Below are positions 54,560 through 64,000 of a stretch of 64,000 nt of DNA, piece after piece. Position numbers and translations under genes: made by a program. Source of the stretch: an uncultured delta proteobacterium (GTDB lineage: Bacteria > Myxococcota_A > Polyangia > Haliangiales > Haliangiaceae). Each line of letters starts with the position of its first letter. Positions within the stretch are counted from its first letter, which is position 1. Where the stretch lies: positions 1,443,161 through 1,507,160 of the forward strand of contig CAWKDB010000002.1 of assembly GCA_963848295.1 (NCBI GenBank), read 5' to 3'. The notes below the pieces were generated by a model. That model was not told the DNA's origin. It was given only the letters and a program-made list of their open reading frames with translations, and ran no database searches.

Positions 54560-55258
54560 ATGAAGCTGCCACTCGCTTGCTCGTTAATCACCGCCCTCGT
54601 CGCCGGCTGCGTCCCCGATGTCGACCCCGCGACCGGCGAATCGGAGGCCGCGCTGTCGAACTCCGAAGAGAGCGCGTTCAACTACTTCGTGTCGAAAGGC
54701 CTCACGAAGGTGCAGGCCGCCGGCATCGTCGGAAATCTGATCCAGGAGTCGAGCGTCGTCGCCTCCGCGGTCGAATACGGAGGCGGCCCCGGCCGCGGCA
54801 TCGCGCAGTGGTCAGTCGGCGGACGCTGGGACTCGAGCCACGACGACAACGTCGCGTGGTACGCGTCGAATCACGGCGGCTCGCGCTGGTCGCTCAACAT
54901 GCAGCTCGACTTCATCTGGTACGAGCTCGACACCTACGGCTACGGCTACAGCGAGCTCCGCGCCGCGACCACGGTCAGCGCGGCGACGATCGCGTTCGAA
55001 GATCGCTACGAGATCTGTGGCGAATGCGATCAGGCAAACCGGATCTCGTACGCCGAGCAAGTCCTGTCGGCCTACGGCGGCAACGGCGGTGGCGGCCACT
55101 CGGGTCAAGGCTGCTACTCCGACACCTTGGGCAAGGAGATGCCCGACAACGCGTGCGTCCAGAGCAAGTACGACGACACCTGGTATCAGTGCGCGAACGG
55201 CGACTGGGTCGATCGTTGGACCGACCCCGACGCGTGCAACGGCGTGCATCCGCTGTGA
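54560..55258 (+). CDS. Lipoprotein with phage tail tip lysozyme-like domain and Cys-rich tail
   Basis: LVAGC lipobox; QAAGIVGNLIQES, GIAQW, QLDFIWYEL, FEDRYE; C-terminal CVQS..WYQC. Confidence 0.75.
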   Translation: MKLPLACSLITALVAGCVPDVDPATGESEAALSNSEESAFNYFVSKGLTKVQAAGIVGNLIQESSVVASAVEYGGGPGRGIAQWSVGGRWDSSHDDNVAWYASNHGGSRWSLNMQLDFIWYELDTYGYGYSELRAATTVSAATIAFEDRYEICGECDQANRISYAEQVLSAYGGNGGGGHSGQGCYSDTLGKEMPDNACVQSKYDDTWYQCANGDWVDRWTDPDACNGVHPL

Positions 55259-55300
55259 TCTCGCGCTGCAACCGTCGGTGAGCTAAGGTGTCGTCTAGAC

Positions 55301-55594
55301 ATGGACGAGCCCGCGATCGATCGACCCGCGCCGCCATCCGGCGGTGGCGAGGACGAAGCGCAGCTCCTGGCCATCGACCTCCTCGATCGGCGCGGCAGGC
55401 TCAAACGGCTCGGCATCGCAGTCGCGTGCGGAGCCGCGGTCACCGCGCTCGTGATGTACGCGATCATGTCGGTGTCGATCACGCCGAACCGCGATCCGGT
55501 CGCCGGCAGCTCGGTCGGCTTGCTCGCGATCTTCGTGTTCGTCATCTCATCGGCGACCGCGCTCGGCCTGATCAATCGCATCGCGCGCCGCTGA
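55301..55594 (+). CDS. Small hypothetical membrane protein
   Basis: Two hydrophobic helices. Confidence 0.5.
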   Translation: MDEPAIDRPAPPSGGGEDEAQLLAIDLLDRRGRLKRLGIAVACGAAVTALVMYAIMSVSITPNRDPVAGSSVGLLAIFVFVISSATALGLINRIARR

Positions 55595-57628
55595 CTACTT
55601 GCGGCGCAGGCGGCTCGCCTCGTCGACGAGCTTCAGGAACTCGGCGCGATAGCCTTCGGCGTCCTTGCCGACCGCCCCGGCGGCGAGCTCACGAACCTGC
55701 GACCAGTTCAGTGCACCGCGATGCGGGGTGTCGCGCAGCATCATGCCGTAACCGGCGACCGCCGCAGCCCATCGGAAGTCCGAGCTCGTGTGAGACATCG
55801 CGACCGCGGAGTCGTCGACCGCACGCACCATCAGCTTCGAGACGTCGCCGGTCGGCGCCTTGTAGCGGACCTTGACCGTCATCAGCTCCGTGCTTTCCGT
55901 CGTGGCGGCGCGCGGCGTCTGGTACTTGAGCCCGTCGACCTTCGCGGCGGGCACCCGCTGCCCGGCGGGCACGATCTCGTACAGCGCGGTCACCGTATGA
56001 CCGGCGCCGAGGTCGCCGGCATCTTTCTTGTCGTCGTTGAAGTCCTCGTTGCGGAGCAGACGCTTCTCGTAGCCGATCAACCGATAGCCGGCGACCCGGA
56101 GCGGGTTAAACTCCACCTGGAGCTTGACGTCCTTGGCGACGGTGAACAGCGTCGCACCGGCCTGCTTGACGAGGACCTTGCGCGCTTCGTTCAGCGAATC
56201 GATGTACGCGTAGTTGCCGTTGCCGCGATCCGCGAGCTTCTCCATCGTCGAGTCCTTGAGGTTGCCCATCCCGAACCCGAGCACCGTGAGGAACACGCCG
56301 TGATCGCGCTCGCCTTCGATCAGGCGGGTGAGGCTGCCCTGGTCGGTGATCCCGACGTTCCAGTCGCCGTCGGTGCACAAGATGACGCGGTTGATCCCGC
56401 CCCTGACGAACGTCTCGCGCGCGAGCTTGTACGCGGCCTCGATGCCGGCACCGCCGTTCGTCGAGCCACCCGCGTCGAGTGCGCCGAGCGCGGCGCGGAT
56501 CGCGTCTTTCTTCGTGCCCGCGGTCGGGGGCAACACCGTGCCGACCGATCCGGCGTACGCGACGATCGCGACGCGATCCTGCGGCCGCAGTCGATCGACG
56601 AGCAACCCCATCGACTGGACGAGCAGCGGCAACTTGTTCGGCTCGTCCATCGAGCCCGACGTGTCGATCAAGAACACGAGGTTGCGCGGCGGCACCATCG
56701 CGTCGTCGATCTCCGGTGCGCGCAGCCCGATGCGCACGAGCTTGAACGACGGATTCCACGGGCTCGGTCCGACCTCGGTCGCGATCGACAGCGGATCGCC
56801 GGGCGCCGGATTCGGATAGTCGTAATGGAAGTAGTTGATCAGCTCCTCGAGCCGAACCGCGTCCTTCGGCGGCAGCTGACCCTCGTGCAGGAACCGCCGG
56901 ACGTTCGCATACGACGCGGTATCGACGTCGCTCGAGAACGTCGACAGCGGCTGCGACGCGACGGTGAGAAATGGATTCTCGTCGATCCGGTCGTATTGCT
57001 CGACCCCGAGGTCGTCCTTCGCCACGGTCGCGCGCGACGCGGGCCCACCGTTGACGCCATTGACGATGTACTGGTTCTGGAGCGACGTCGCGCCGCTGAA
57101 GCTGACGCCGACGCCATCGCGCTGCGCGCCGGCCGCTGCGCCGAGCGCGGTATCGAACGTGCGACCCGGCACCGGGATGTTCTGCATGTAATTCTTGTCG
57201 ACCGTGATGCCCTGGGTCGTCGACGTGACGTCGACGAGCGGCGCCTTGGATTTGATGAGGATCATCTCGCCCTTGGCGGTCGCCGGCACGAACGCTTGCG
57301 ACACGTGTGTCGTCTTGCCGGAGACGATCGCGACGCCCGCGTGCTCCATCGCCGCATCGAGATAGTAGAACGTGACGACATAGGTCCCGGCGGCGAGCCC
57401 GGACAGCTTGTAGTGACCGTTGTCGTCGGTGATCGTGCTCTCGGTCTGCTTCATCGCGGGCGACGTGACGACCACCGTGACGCCGGGGATCGGGTCGCCC
57501 GTCGCCTTGTCGGTGACGATGCCTTCGAGCACACCGGCGGAGTCGGCCCACACCACGCGATCGCGGTCGACCGCCGCGACGGCACACACTCCAAGCGCTG
57601 CGGCAAACACGAGCGTTCTGATCTGCAT
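55595..57628 (-). CDS. YfbK-like vWA protein fused to a TonB-receptor-type N-terminus
   Basis: Carboxypeptidase-regulatory-like domain; PLSTFSSDVDTASY, VRLEELINYF, LIDTSGSM MIDAS, TDGD, YRLIGYE, DAGD. Confidence 0.88.
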   Translation of the reverse strand: MQIRTLVFAAALGVCAVAAVDRDRVVWADSAGVLEGIVTDKATGDPIPGVTVVVTSPAMKQTESTITDDNGHYKLSGLAAGTYVVTFYYLDAAMEHAGVAIVSGKTTHVSQAFVPATAKGEMILIKSKAPLVDVTSTTQGITVDKNYMQNIPVPGRTFDTALGAAAGAQRDGVGVSFSGATSLQNQYIVNGVNGGPASRATVAKDDLGVEQYDRIDENPFLTVASQPLSTFSSDVDTASYANVRRFLHEGQLPPKDAVRLEELINYFHYDYPNPAPGDPLSIATEVGPSPWNPSFKLVRIGLRAPEIDDAMVPPRNLVFLIDTSGSMDEPNKLPLLVQSMGLLVDRLRPQDRVAIVAYAGSVGTVLPPTAGTKKDAIRAALGALDAGGSTNGGAGIEAAYKLARETFVRGGINRVILCTDGDWNVGITDQGSLTRLIEGERDHGVFLTVLGFGMGNLKDSTMEKLADRGNGNYAYIDSLNEARKVLVKQAGATLFTVAKDVKLQVEFNPLRVAGYRLIGYEKRLLRNEDFNDDKKDAGDLGAGHTVTALYEIVPAGQRVPAAKVDGLKYQTPRAATTESTELMTVKVRYKAPTGDVSKLMVRAVDDSAVAMSHTSSDFRWAAAVAGYGMMLRDTPHRGALNWSQVRELAAGAVGKDAEGYRAEFLKLVDEASRLRRK

Positions 57629-57772
57629 GCCTCGTTGTGGCTCGGCCGGCGCCTGACCGAAACACGTTCCCCATGACACTCGAGCAACGGGCGCCGCTCA
57701 TGCGTCGCGCCGCATGTCGCGGCCTTGCATTGCGACCGCGCCGGACCCATAGTGACCGAAGTTCTGTGACAA

Positions 57773-58124
<352 letters not shown>

Positions 58125-58171
58125 CTATTTATCTGCACGCGGGCGTTGGGGTTTTGGGATCTGCCACAACG

Positions 58172-58196
58172 AGGTCCCTGACTCAGGTCCCTGACT
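58172..58196 (+). repeat. Tandem direct repeat AGGTCCCTGACT x2
   Basis: aggtccctgact-c-aggtccctgact, ~48 bp downstream of the tmRNA 3' end. Confidence 0.85.
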
Positions 58197-58208
58197 TCGA
58201 CAACGACC

Positions 58209-58415
58209 ATGAGCTTCTGGGATGAACCGGCCGACGACGACAAGGTGTCGTACGATCCGCTCTACGTTCTCAACCGGGATTCGGAGTTCCGGCAGGACGT
58301 TCGCGATTTCGTCGACTCGCTGTGGGCGCGATACGCGCCCTACTGCGGTGACGCCAACTTTCTTGCCGAACGGAACCTGTCAACGAGTTTGAGACACCGG
58401 CACGCATTAGTTTAG
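58209..58415 (+). pseudogene. Truncated N-terminal fragment of a hypothetical protein
   Basis: Plausible coding start (MSFWDEP...LWARYAPYCGDANFL) degrading into AT-richer sequence after ~58370. Confidence 0.4.
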
Positions 58416-59455
58416 TGAGTCGATCTCGATCTGGTCAGACTGATCCGCGATCGGCTTGTTGATCCAGACAGCGGTCGGCAGCTCCCAGACGTGCGTCCCG
58501 CGGCATCGATCATGAACGGCGAGAAGCCGACGCCGAGCGCTGGCGAGCTCGTCGACAGCGTGAAGTCGTCGTGGCCGTACGTGGGATTCGCGAACATAGG
58601 ATCGGCGATCATCGATCCCAGCTCTTCGGACTCGCCCGCTTGGACCGCGGCGAGCGTGTCGGTAGTGGCCGGCGACTTGAGCGCGAACATCGGCGTCGCG
58701 GCGGTGTTGTAGATGTCCTCGTCGTGGAGATCGAACGAGCTGCGGCAGTCGGTGCCAGCCGGGCAGTACCAGCTCGCATAGAGGAGCGCGCCGCGATCGT
58801 AGAGCACGATGTTGTGGCTGAACGTCGCCCACAGGAACGTCGGCGGCTCGTAGAACTGGTGGTGATAGACGCCCGACCGGCCGAACGCGAAGATGTTGTT
58901 CGTGAACGTGTTGGCGCGCCCGGCGTTCTGCTGCATCACCGCGTCCGCGATCCGGTAGACGAGGTTGTAGTGCGACAGCACGTTGCTCGTGCCCTGGTCG
59001 TAGTACAGGCCGTTCGCGCCGTAGCCTACGCTGTCCGGCGAGTTGACGACGTCGTGGATCACGTTGCCGGTGACGACGTTGCCGGTCGATGCACCGGTCA
59101 GCAGGTAGATGCCGCCCAGATCGTCGGAGACGCCGCGCCCGATGTCGTGAATGAGGTTGTTCTTGATGATGTTGTCGTGCGCGAGGGTCGGCGGATACGT
59201 CGCGATCTGGCCCGTCGTCTTCTTCGGTTGCGACGCGAACGTGTACCCGACCGAGATCGCGGACTGATAGAAGTCGTAGATCTCGTTGTGCTCGATCAGG
59301 TTGTCGTGCGCCTCGCCGACGATGATGCCCATGCCGCCGGCGAGGTACCGCCCGCCGCCCGCGATCACGTTGTTCGCGACGTGGACGTGCTGCGTCGCTG
59401 TGGCGTCGGTCACCGCGTACGACGATGCGTTCTTGTAGCCGACGCGTATACCGGT
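58412..59455 (-). pseudogene. Right-handed parallel beta-helix protein, 5'-truncated fragment
   Basis: NNVIAGGG, HNEIYDFY.SAISVGY, NNLIHDIG..DDLGGIY, GLYYDQGT, ADPMF. No own start; the upstream part of the ORF is antisense to the 59463 gene. Confidence 0.65.
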
Positions 59456-59462
59456 CGTGCCT

Positions 59463-60233
59463 ATGCGCGGTACGATCAGCTGTGTGGAGCGGTCGTTCCC
59501 GACCCTGATGATCGCCCTGGCCGCGTGTGGGCGAATCGCTTTCGACCCGAGCACGAGCGTCGAAGATGCCGCCGGTCCACCACCCGACACCGCCACCGAC
59601 GCCGCTGCCGGTGGCATCCGGAGGACTCCTAAAGGCACCGCGACCATGACGGGCTCGACGATCACGCTCCCGGCGGTCACGCTCGACCCAGGCGAGACGT
59701 TGATCGTGGCGACCAACCGCCACGTCACCGATTCGGACACCGTCACCTGGCGCTCGATCTCGTTGAACGAGGATCTGCCGGTCGCGGTTTGGGGCAGCGG
59801 GCCGATGTACACGTCGATCTGGTCGCTGTACAGCGCCGGCGGCGGGACTGGAGACATCGTGGACACGTCGAGCGCATCGAACAGTGGCGACATGATCGCG
59901 ATCGCCGTCGCCGGGCTGGATCCTGCCGGCGCACTCGATGCGACCGCCTCGAACACTGGCAACGGCACGATCGCATCCTCCGGTTCGACCGCACCTACGG
60001 CGGTGCCACGGGAGTTCCTGTTCGCCATCGTCGGCGGCGACGATGGCAGCCCGTTGAACGGGAGCTGGGGAAACGGCCTGGTCGCGGGACAAAGCGTCGT
60101 CGGCGTCAACGACGAGACCAGCGAGGGGTTCGAGATCGTATCGTCGTCGGGGAATTACGACGCCACGCTCTCGAACATCACGCTCAGCCAGGATTGGTGC
60201 GCGGCGATCGCGACCTACAAGGCACAGCCGTGA
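59463..60233 (+). CDS. Hypothetical lipoprotein
   Basis: IALAACGRIAFDP lipobox; GETLIVAT; ends DWCAAIATYK. Start uncertain. Confidence 0.65.
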   Translation: MRGTISCVERSFPTLMIALAACGRIAFDPSTSVEDAAGPPPDTATDAAAGGIRRTPKGTATMTGSTITLPAVTLDPGETLIVATNRHVTDSDTVTWRSISLNEDLPVAVWGSGPMYTSIWSLYSAGGGTGDIVDTSSASNSGDMIAIAVAGLDPAGALDATASNTGNGTIASSGSTAPTAVPREFLFAIVGGDDGSPLNGSWGNGLVAGQSVVGVNDETSEGFEIVSSSGNYDATLSNITLSQDWCAAIATYKAQP

Positions 60234-60274
60234 ACGCCCGGCGCCGTGGCCGGTCTCGACGAGCTGTAGTACAT

Positions 60275-61558
60275 CTGATGGATCCCCTCGCTTTGGCGGC
60301 GTAGGTGATCGAAAGCGCTCCGGATTTTTCCCAGCTGAGGCGGAATTTCGGAGCTCGCGCGTCGGTTCGAGCGGCATGATGAGCCGTCGATCGATGACAG
60401 AGTTTGTTCGAGACCCGCTGGAAGTCGCGAAGACGGTGCACCAAATCTTCGGTGATGATCTGCATGCGATGCGCGTGCTGTCGTTGGCGAACGGTGTCGT
60501 GGGCACCGTCGACGCAGCGGTGCTGTCGATCCACGCGATCGGTCGTGGATACGCGCGCGTCACCAACAACGACAAGAAGCACGGGGTGAAGCAGACCGAT
60601 CGTTTGCTCGGAAACCCGGGCATCGACGTGTGGACGTTGTTCCGACCGTGGGCCCAGTTTGTCGTCGCAGAGCGCAAGGAGATCGTCGTCGCGCTCGACT
60701 GGACAGAGTTCGATGGCGACGACCACGCGACGCTGGCGGGCTACCTGATCACCAGCCATGGGCGGGCGACCCCGTTGATCTGGATGACGGTGAGCAAGAC
60801 CACGCTCAAGAACAAGCGGAATGACCACGAGTATCGGTTGCTCGAACGGCTGCACGACTGCGTCGCGCCCGACGTGAAGATCACAGTGCTGGCGGATCGC
60901 GGCTTCGGCGATCAGAAGCTGTATCGGTTCCTGCAGACGCTCGGCTGGGATTTCGTTATCCGCTTTCGAGGAGCGATTCAGGTCGAGGACGCAACGGGAA
61001 CTCGGAAGACGGCGAACGCGTGGGTGCCAGACAACGGTCGCGCCCTGATCCTGCGCGGGGCTCGAGTCACGCGCACGCGCGCCGAAGTGCCGGCGGTTGT
61101 CGTCATGCACGCCAAGAGGATGAAGGAGGCGTGGTGCCTAGCGACGACGCTGAGCGAGCTCAAGGCCGCAGAGATCGTGAAGCTGTACGGCCGACGGTTC
61201 ACGATCGAAGAAACGTTTCGCGACCAGAAGAACTTTCGCTTCGGCATGGGGCTATCGGCGACGCACATCGGCACCACGGATCGCCGGGACCGCTTGCTGC
61301 TTCTGGCGGCAGTCGCACAGGCGTTGCTGACGTTGCTCGGCGCCGCCGGCGAGGCGTGCGGACTCGATCGGCTGATGAAAACCAACACCTCGAAGAAGCG
61401 CACCATGTCGCTCCTCAACCAAGGCATTCACCTCTACGAGGCCATTCCGTACATGGGAGACGAGAAGCTCGCGCCGCTCATGAAATCGTTCGACCACATC
61501 GTTCGGCAGCAGGAAATTTTCCGCGCTGTGTTCGGGCTGATCTGAGGGGATATCTCAG
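60275..61558 (+). mobile_element. IS4-family insertion sequence (1284 bp)
   Basis: IRL CTGATGGATCCCCTC vs IRR (reverse complement) CTGAGATATCCCCTC, 12/15 match; 9-bp direct repeat GTAGTACAT at 60266-60274 and 61559-61567. Confidence 0.92.
60376..61545 (+). CDS. IS4-family DDE transposase
   Basis: ALDWT, LADRGF, YGRRFTIEETFRDQK (YREK signature). Confidence 0.93.
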   Translation: MMSRRSMTEFVRDPLEVAKTVHQIFGDDLHAMRVLSLANGVVGTVDAAVLSIHAIGRGYARVTNNDKKHGVKQTDRLLGNPGIDVWTLFRPWAQFVVAERKEIVVALDWTEFDGDDHATLAGYLITSHGRATPLIWMTVSKTTLKNKRNDHEYRLLERLHDCVAPDVKITVLADRGFGDQKLYRFLQTLGWDFVIRFRGAIQVEDATGTRKTANAWVPDNGRALILRGARVTRTRAEVPAVVVMHAKRMKEAWCLATTLSELKAAEIVKLYGRRFTIEETFRDQKNFRFGMGLSATHIGTTDRRDRLLLLAAVAQALLTLLGAAGEACGLDRLMKTNTSKKRTMSLLNQGIHLYEAIPYMGDEKLAPLMKSFDHIVRQQEIFRAVFGLI

Positions 61559-61575
61559 GTAGTACATACGTCGCG

Positions 61576-62085
61576 GTGTCTCGTCTCGACAATCGCGCGT
61601 ACTACGACGATTTCTCCGGGTGGTACGAGCGCGAGCGTCACCTGCCCTACCACCGGATGCTCGACGATCTCGAAGTCGAGCTCGTCGAACGCTACGGCGC
61701 GGGCCGGCAGGTGCTCGAGGTCGGCTGCGGCACCGGGTTGCTGCTCAATCGCGTGGCGCAGTTCGCGCGAGGTGCACGCGGCATCGATCTCTCCGCCGGG
61801 ATGCTCGCGAAAGCGGCGACCCGCGGGTTGCCCGTGGCGCAGGCGTCGGCGACCGAGCTGCCGGTCGCGACTGCATCCGTCGATGTCGCGTATTCGTTCA
61901 AGGTGCTCGCCCACGTTCCGGATATCACCGGCGCGCTGCGCGAGATGGCGCGCGTCGTGCGGCCGGGCGGCTGGGTGATCGCCGAGTTCTACAACGCGCG
62001 ATCGATCCGACGCCTCGTCAAGGCGCTGAAATCGCCGACCGCGGTCTCCGAGCAGGCGCACCAGAGTTCGGGCCGCATTTCGTGA
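61576..62085 (+). pseudogene. Class I SAM methyltransferase, 3'-truncated by insertion
   Basis: VLEVGCGTG, IDLSAGML, EMARVVRPGG; composition changes abruptly at ~62055 where the next element begins. Confidence 0.7.
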
Positions 62086-64000
62086 ACTGATCGAATGACG
62101 CGGGTTTACGAGAATTCGATTAGATCGATGGATTGTGGGAATTTCGGATCGCTGGCGGTTGTCTTGGCAACGATGGAAGCTCTCGACCTCGCCTTGCCTG
62201 AGCCGTCGCCAAAGCCCGCCCACGAAATCCGGCGTTTCTCGTCGGACGGGGTGGTGATCGTCCGGGACACGATCGCGAGCGTGTACATCGGCGGGACGCT
62301 GATCGGCGGGTTCGATCTGGACGACGATGACCGCGGCCCTCGCAACGTACTGGCAGTGACGCTCGCGAAAACCAATCAGTTCCACCTCGGGCGACTGGCA
62401 ACAGCATTCGGGATCACGGACGAACATTTGCGGCGCCTGCGGCGGAAGGAAGAAGCCGCGGGGTTTGCTGCGGTGCTGGGACCGCGACGCGGAGGAGTTA
62501 CGAAGGTAACGCGGGAGTTGCGAACTGTTTGGTACGCGATGTTCGACGCGGGGCGAATGCCGATCGACGCGCACCGCGAACAGCCGCGCAAACAGCGCCT
62601 CGTGTATTCGACGGTGTGGCGCGTTTGGGACGACTGGCGTCGTGAGCGCGCCGCCGGGAGCCCTGTCGAGGCGGCACGGCAGGCCGCGCCGACCGCGATC
62701 GCCGGGCAGCTCGCACTGCTGATCGCCGGACCGGATCGCGATGTCGACCTCGGCGACGATCCGGTCACGGCCGACGAATTCGACGACAAGGATCAGGTGC
62801 CGATGACGGCGCAGCCGGTCCGCGGCGGGGAGCTCTGCAGCACGCCGGCTGCTGGTTCTTGCTCGCGCTGCCGGCGAGATGGGGCTGCACGGAGGCGCAG
62901 CGCGCGTCGAGGGCCGGCATCCCGATGGGCTGCGGATCGCGCTCGACGCGGTGATCTGTGCGCTCGCGCTCAAGCAATTCGTCGTCGAGGGTGTGCGCGG
63001 ACTCGCGACACCGACCGGCGCGACGCTGCTGCGCGCCGAGCGCGTGCCCACGGCCAGCGGGGTCCGCAAGATCCTCGGTCGATGCCCGCACAGACCGACG
63101 CCGCGCCGCGCTGGAGGCACGGATGGCCGAGCGGCTGATCGAACCGCAGCGAGCGACGGCGCCCCGGCGATCTCTACGTCGACAACGATCTACGGCCGTA
63201 TACGGGCAAGCATGTCGTGCGAAAGGGTGGCGGATGCAGGCCAAGCGGTGCTGCCCGGGACGACCGACTACTACGTCCACGACGAGGACGGCCGGCCGAT
63301 GTTTCGCGTGCCGGTGCCGTCGCACGATCACCTGACCGAGTGGCTGCTGCCCTTGGGCCAGCGCCTGCGCAAAGCGCTCGGCCCCGACGAGACGATCCTG
63401 CTCGCCTTCGATCGCGGTGGTGCGTTTGCCGCGCAACTCGCGGCGCTGCGCGAGGCCGACATTGACTTCGTCACGTACGAGCGAAAGCCCTACGCCGAGC
63501 TGCCGGCGACGGCGTTTACAGCGGCGACGATCGCGGCGAACAAGGTCGGGCTGCACGAGAGCCGATTGCGAAATCTCGGCGAGGGTCGCGGGCGCCTTCG
63601 TCGCATCATGGTCTGCACCGAAGATGGTCGACAGGTGAGCTTGCTCGCCGCCTCGAAGCTGCCCGCGGAGCGGCTCGTCGAGATCCTGTGGCTCCGCTGG
63701 CGCCAGGAGAACGGCTTCAAGCACGGGGTCGAGCGCTGGGGCATCAACGAGCTCGACGGCCGGCGCGTCGAACCGTATCCACCCGGGACGATCATCCCGA
63801 ACCCGGCACGTCGAAAGCTCGAGCGCGCGCTGCGGGTCTGGCGCACCGCCGAGGGCGACGCACGCCGCGAGCTGGCGCGGCTGGCCGCGGACGACAAGCG
63901 ACGCGAGCGTGTCGAACGCGAGCTCGCAGAGTCGCTCGAATGGCAGCGGCAGCTCGAGGCGCTCCGCCCGCTGTTTCCGAAGCACGCCGCCGTCGAAGAG
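62062..64000 (+). mobile_element. Putative IS with large, multiply frameshifted transposase (ATG ~62173; runs off window)
   Basis: N-terminal HTH-like region, then YVD..RPYTGKHVVRKGW, TDYYVHD, LAFDRGG, FVTY, RWRQENGFK across several frames; DDE-like acidic motifs. Left end inferred near CAGAGTTC. Confidence 0.7.

Noticed and set aside
54560..55258. Prophage
   Set aside because: A single lysozyme-like domain on a lipoprotein; no structural, terminase or integrase genes.
58412..60109. 565-aa ORF as a full-length beta-helix gene
   Set aside because: The first ~215 codons are the antisense of the 59463-60233 lipoprotein gene; only the distal part looks coding.

Overview
High-GC bacterial chromosomal window, most likely from a Myxococcota (Kofleriaceae/Haliangiales-like) genome. 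That placement is inferred from the myxobacterial Cys-rich repeats, an FHA-sigma54 activator, many lipoproteins and a T3SS ATPase. Most of it is housekeeping or envelope genes: ruvCAB, yggS, maf, RluA, sppA, rsmD, coaD, an aspartate aminotransferase, pepN, dinB, a HemY-type oxidase, an M16 peptidase and a YfbK-like vWA protein. Four genes carry apparent single-base frameshifts, probably read or assembly errors. A tmRNA (57773-58124, tag ANDNAVALAA) is followed by a decayed accessory region: gene fragments, an intact IS4-family element with a 9-bp target duplication, and a second frameshifted transposase that truncates a methyltransferase. The most unusual locus is 17.76-20.23 kb. Two divergent paralogous four-helix-bundle (IVP/Avd-like) genes are each preceded by a ~195-nt nested hairpin whose outer stems differ between copies but stay base-paired. 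They sit among three CGGCnn hexamer tracts of the same strand polarity, and a shared distal motif lies downstream of each gene. Other notable loci are an SctL-like/SctN fusion orphaned from the rest of a T3SS, a secreted caspase-ECF sigma-anti-sigma operon, and a TonB-receptor-N-terminus/vWA fusion.
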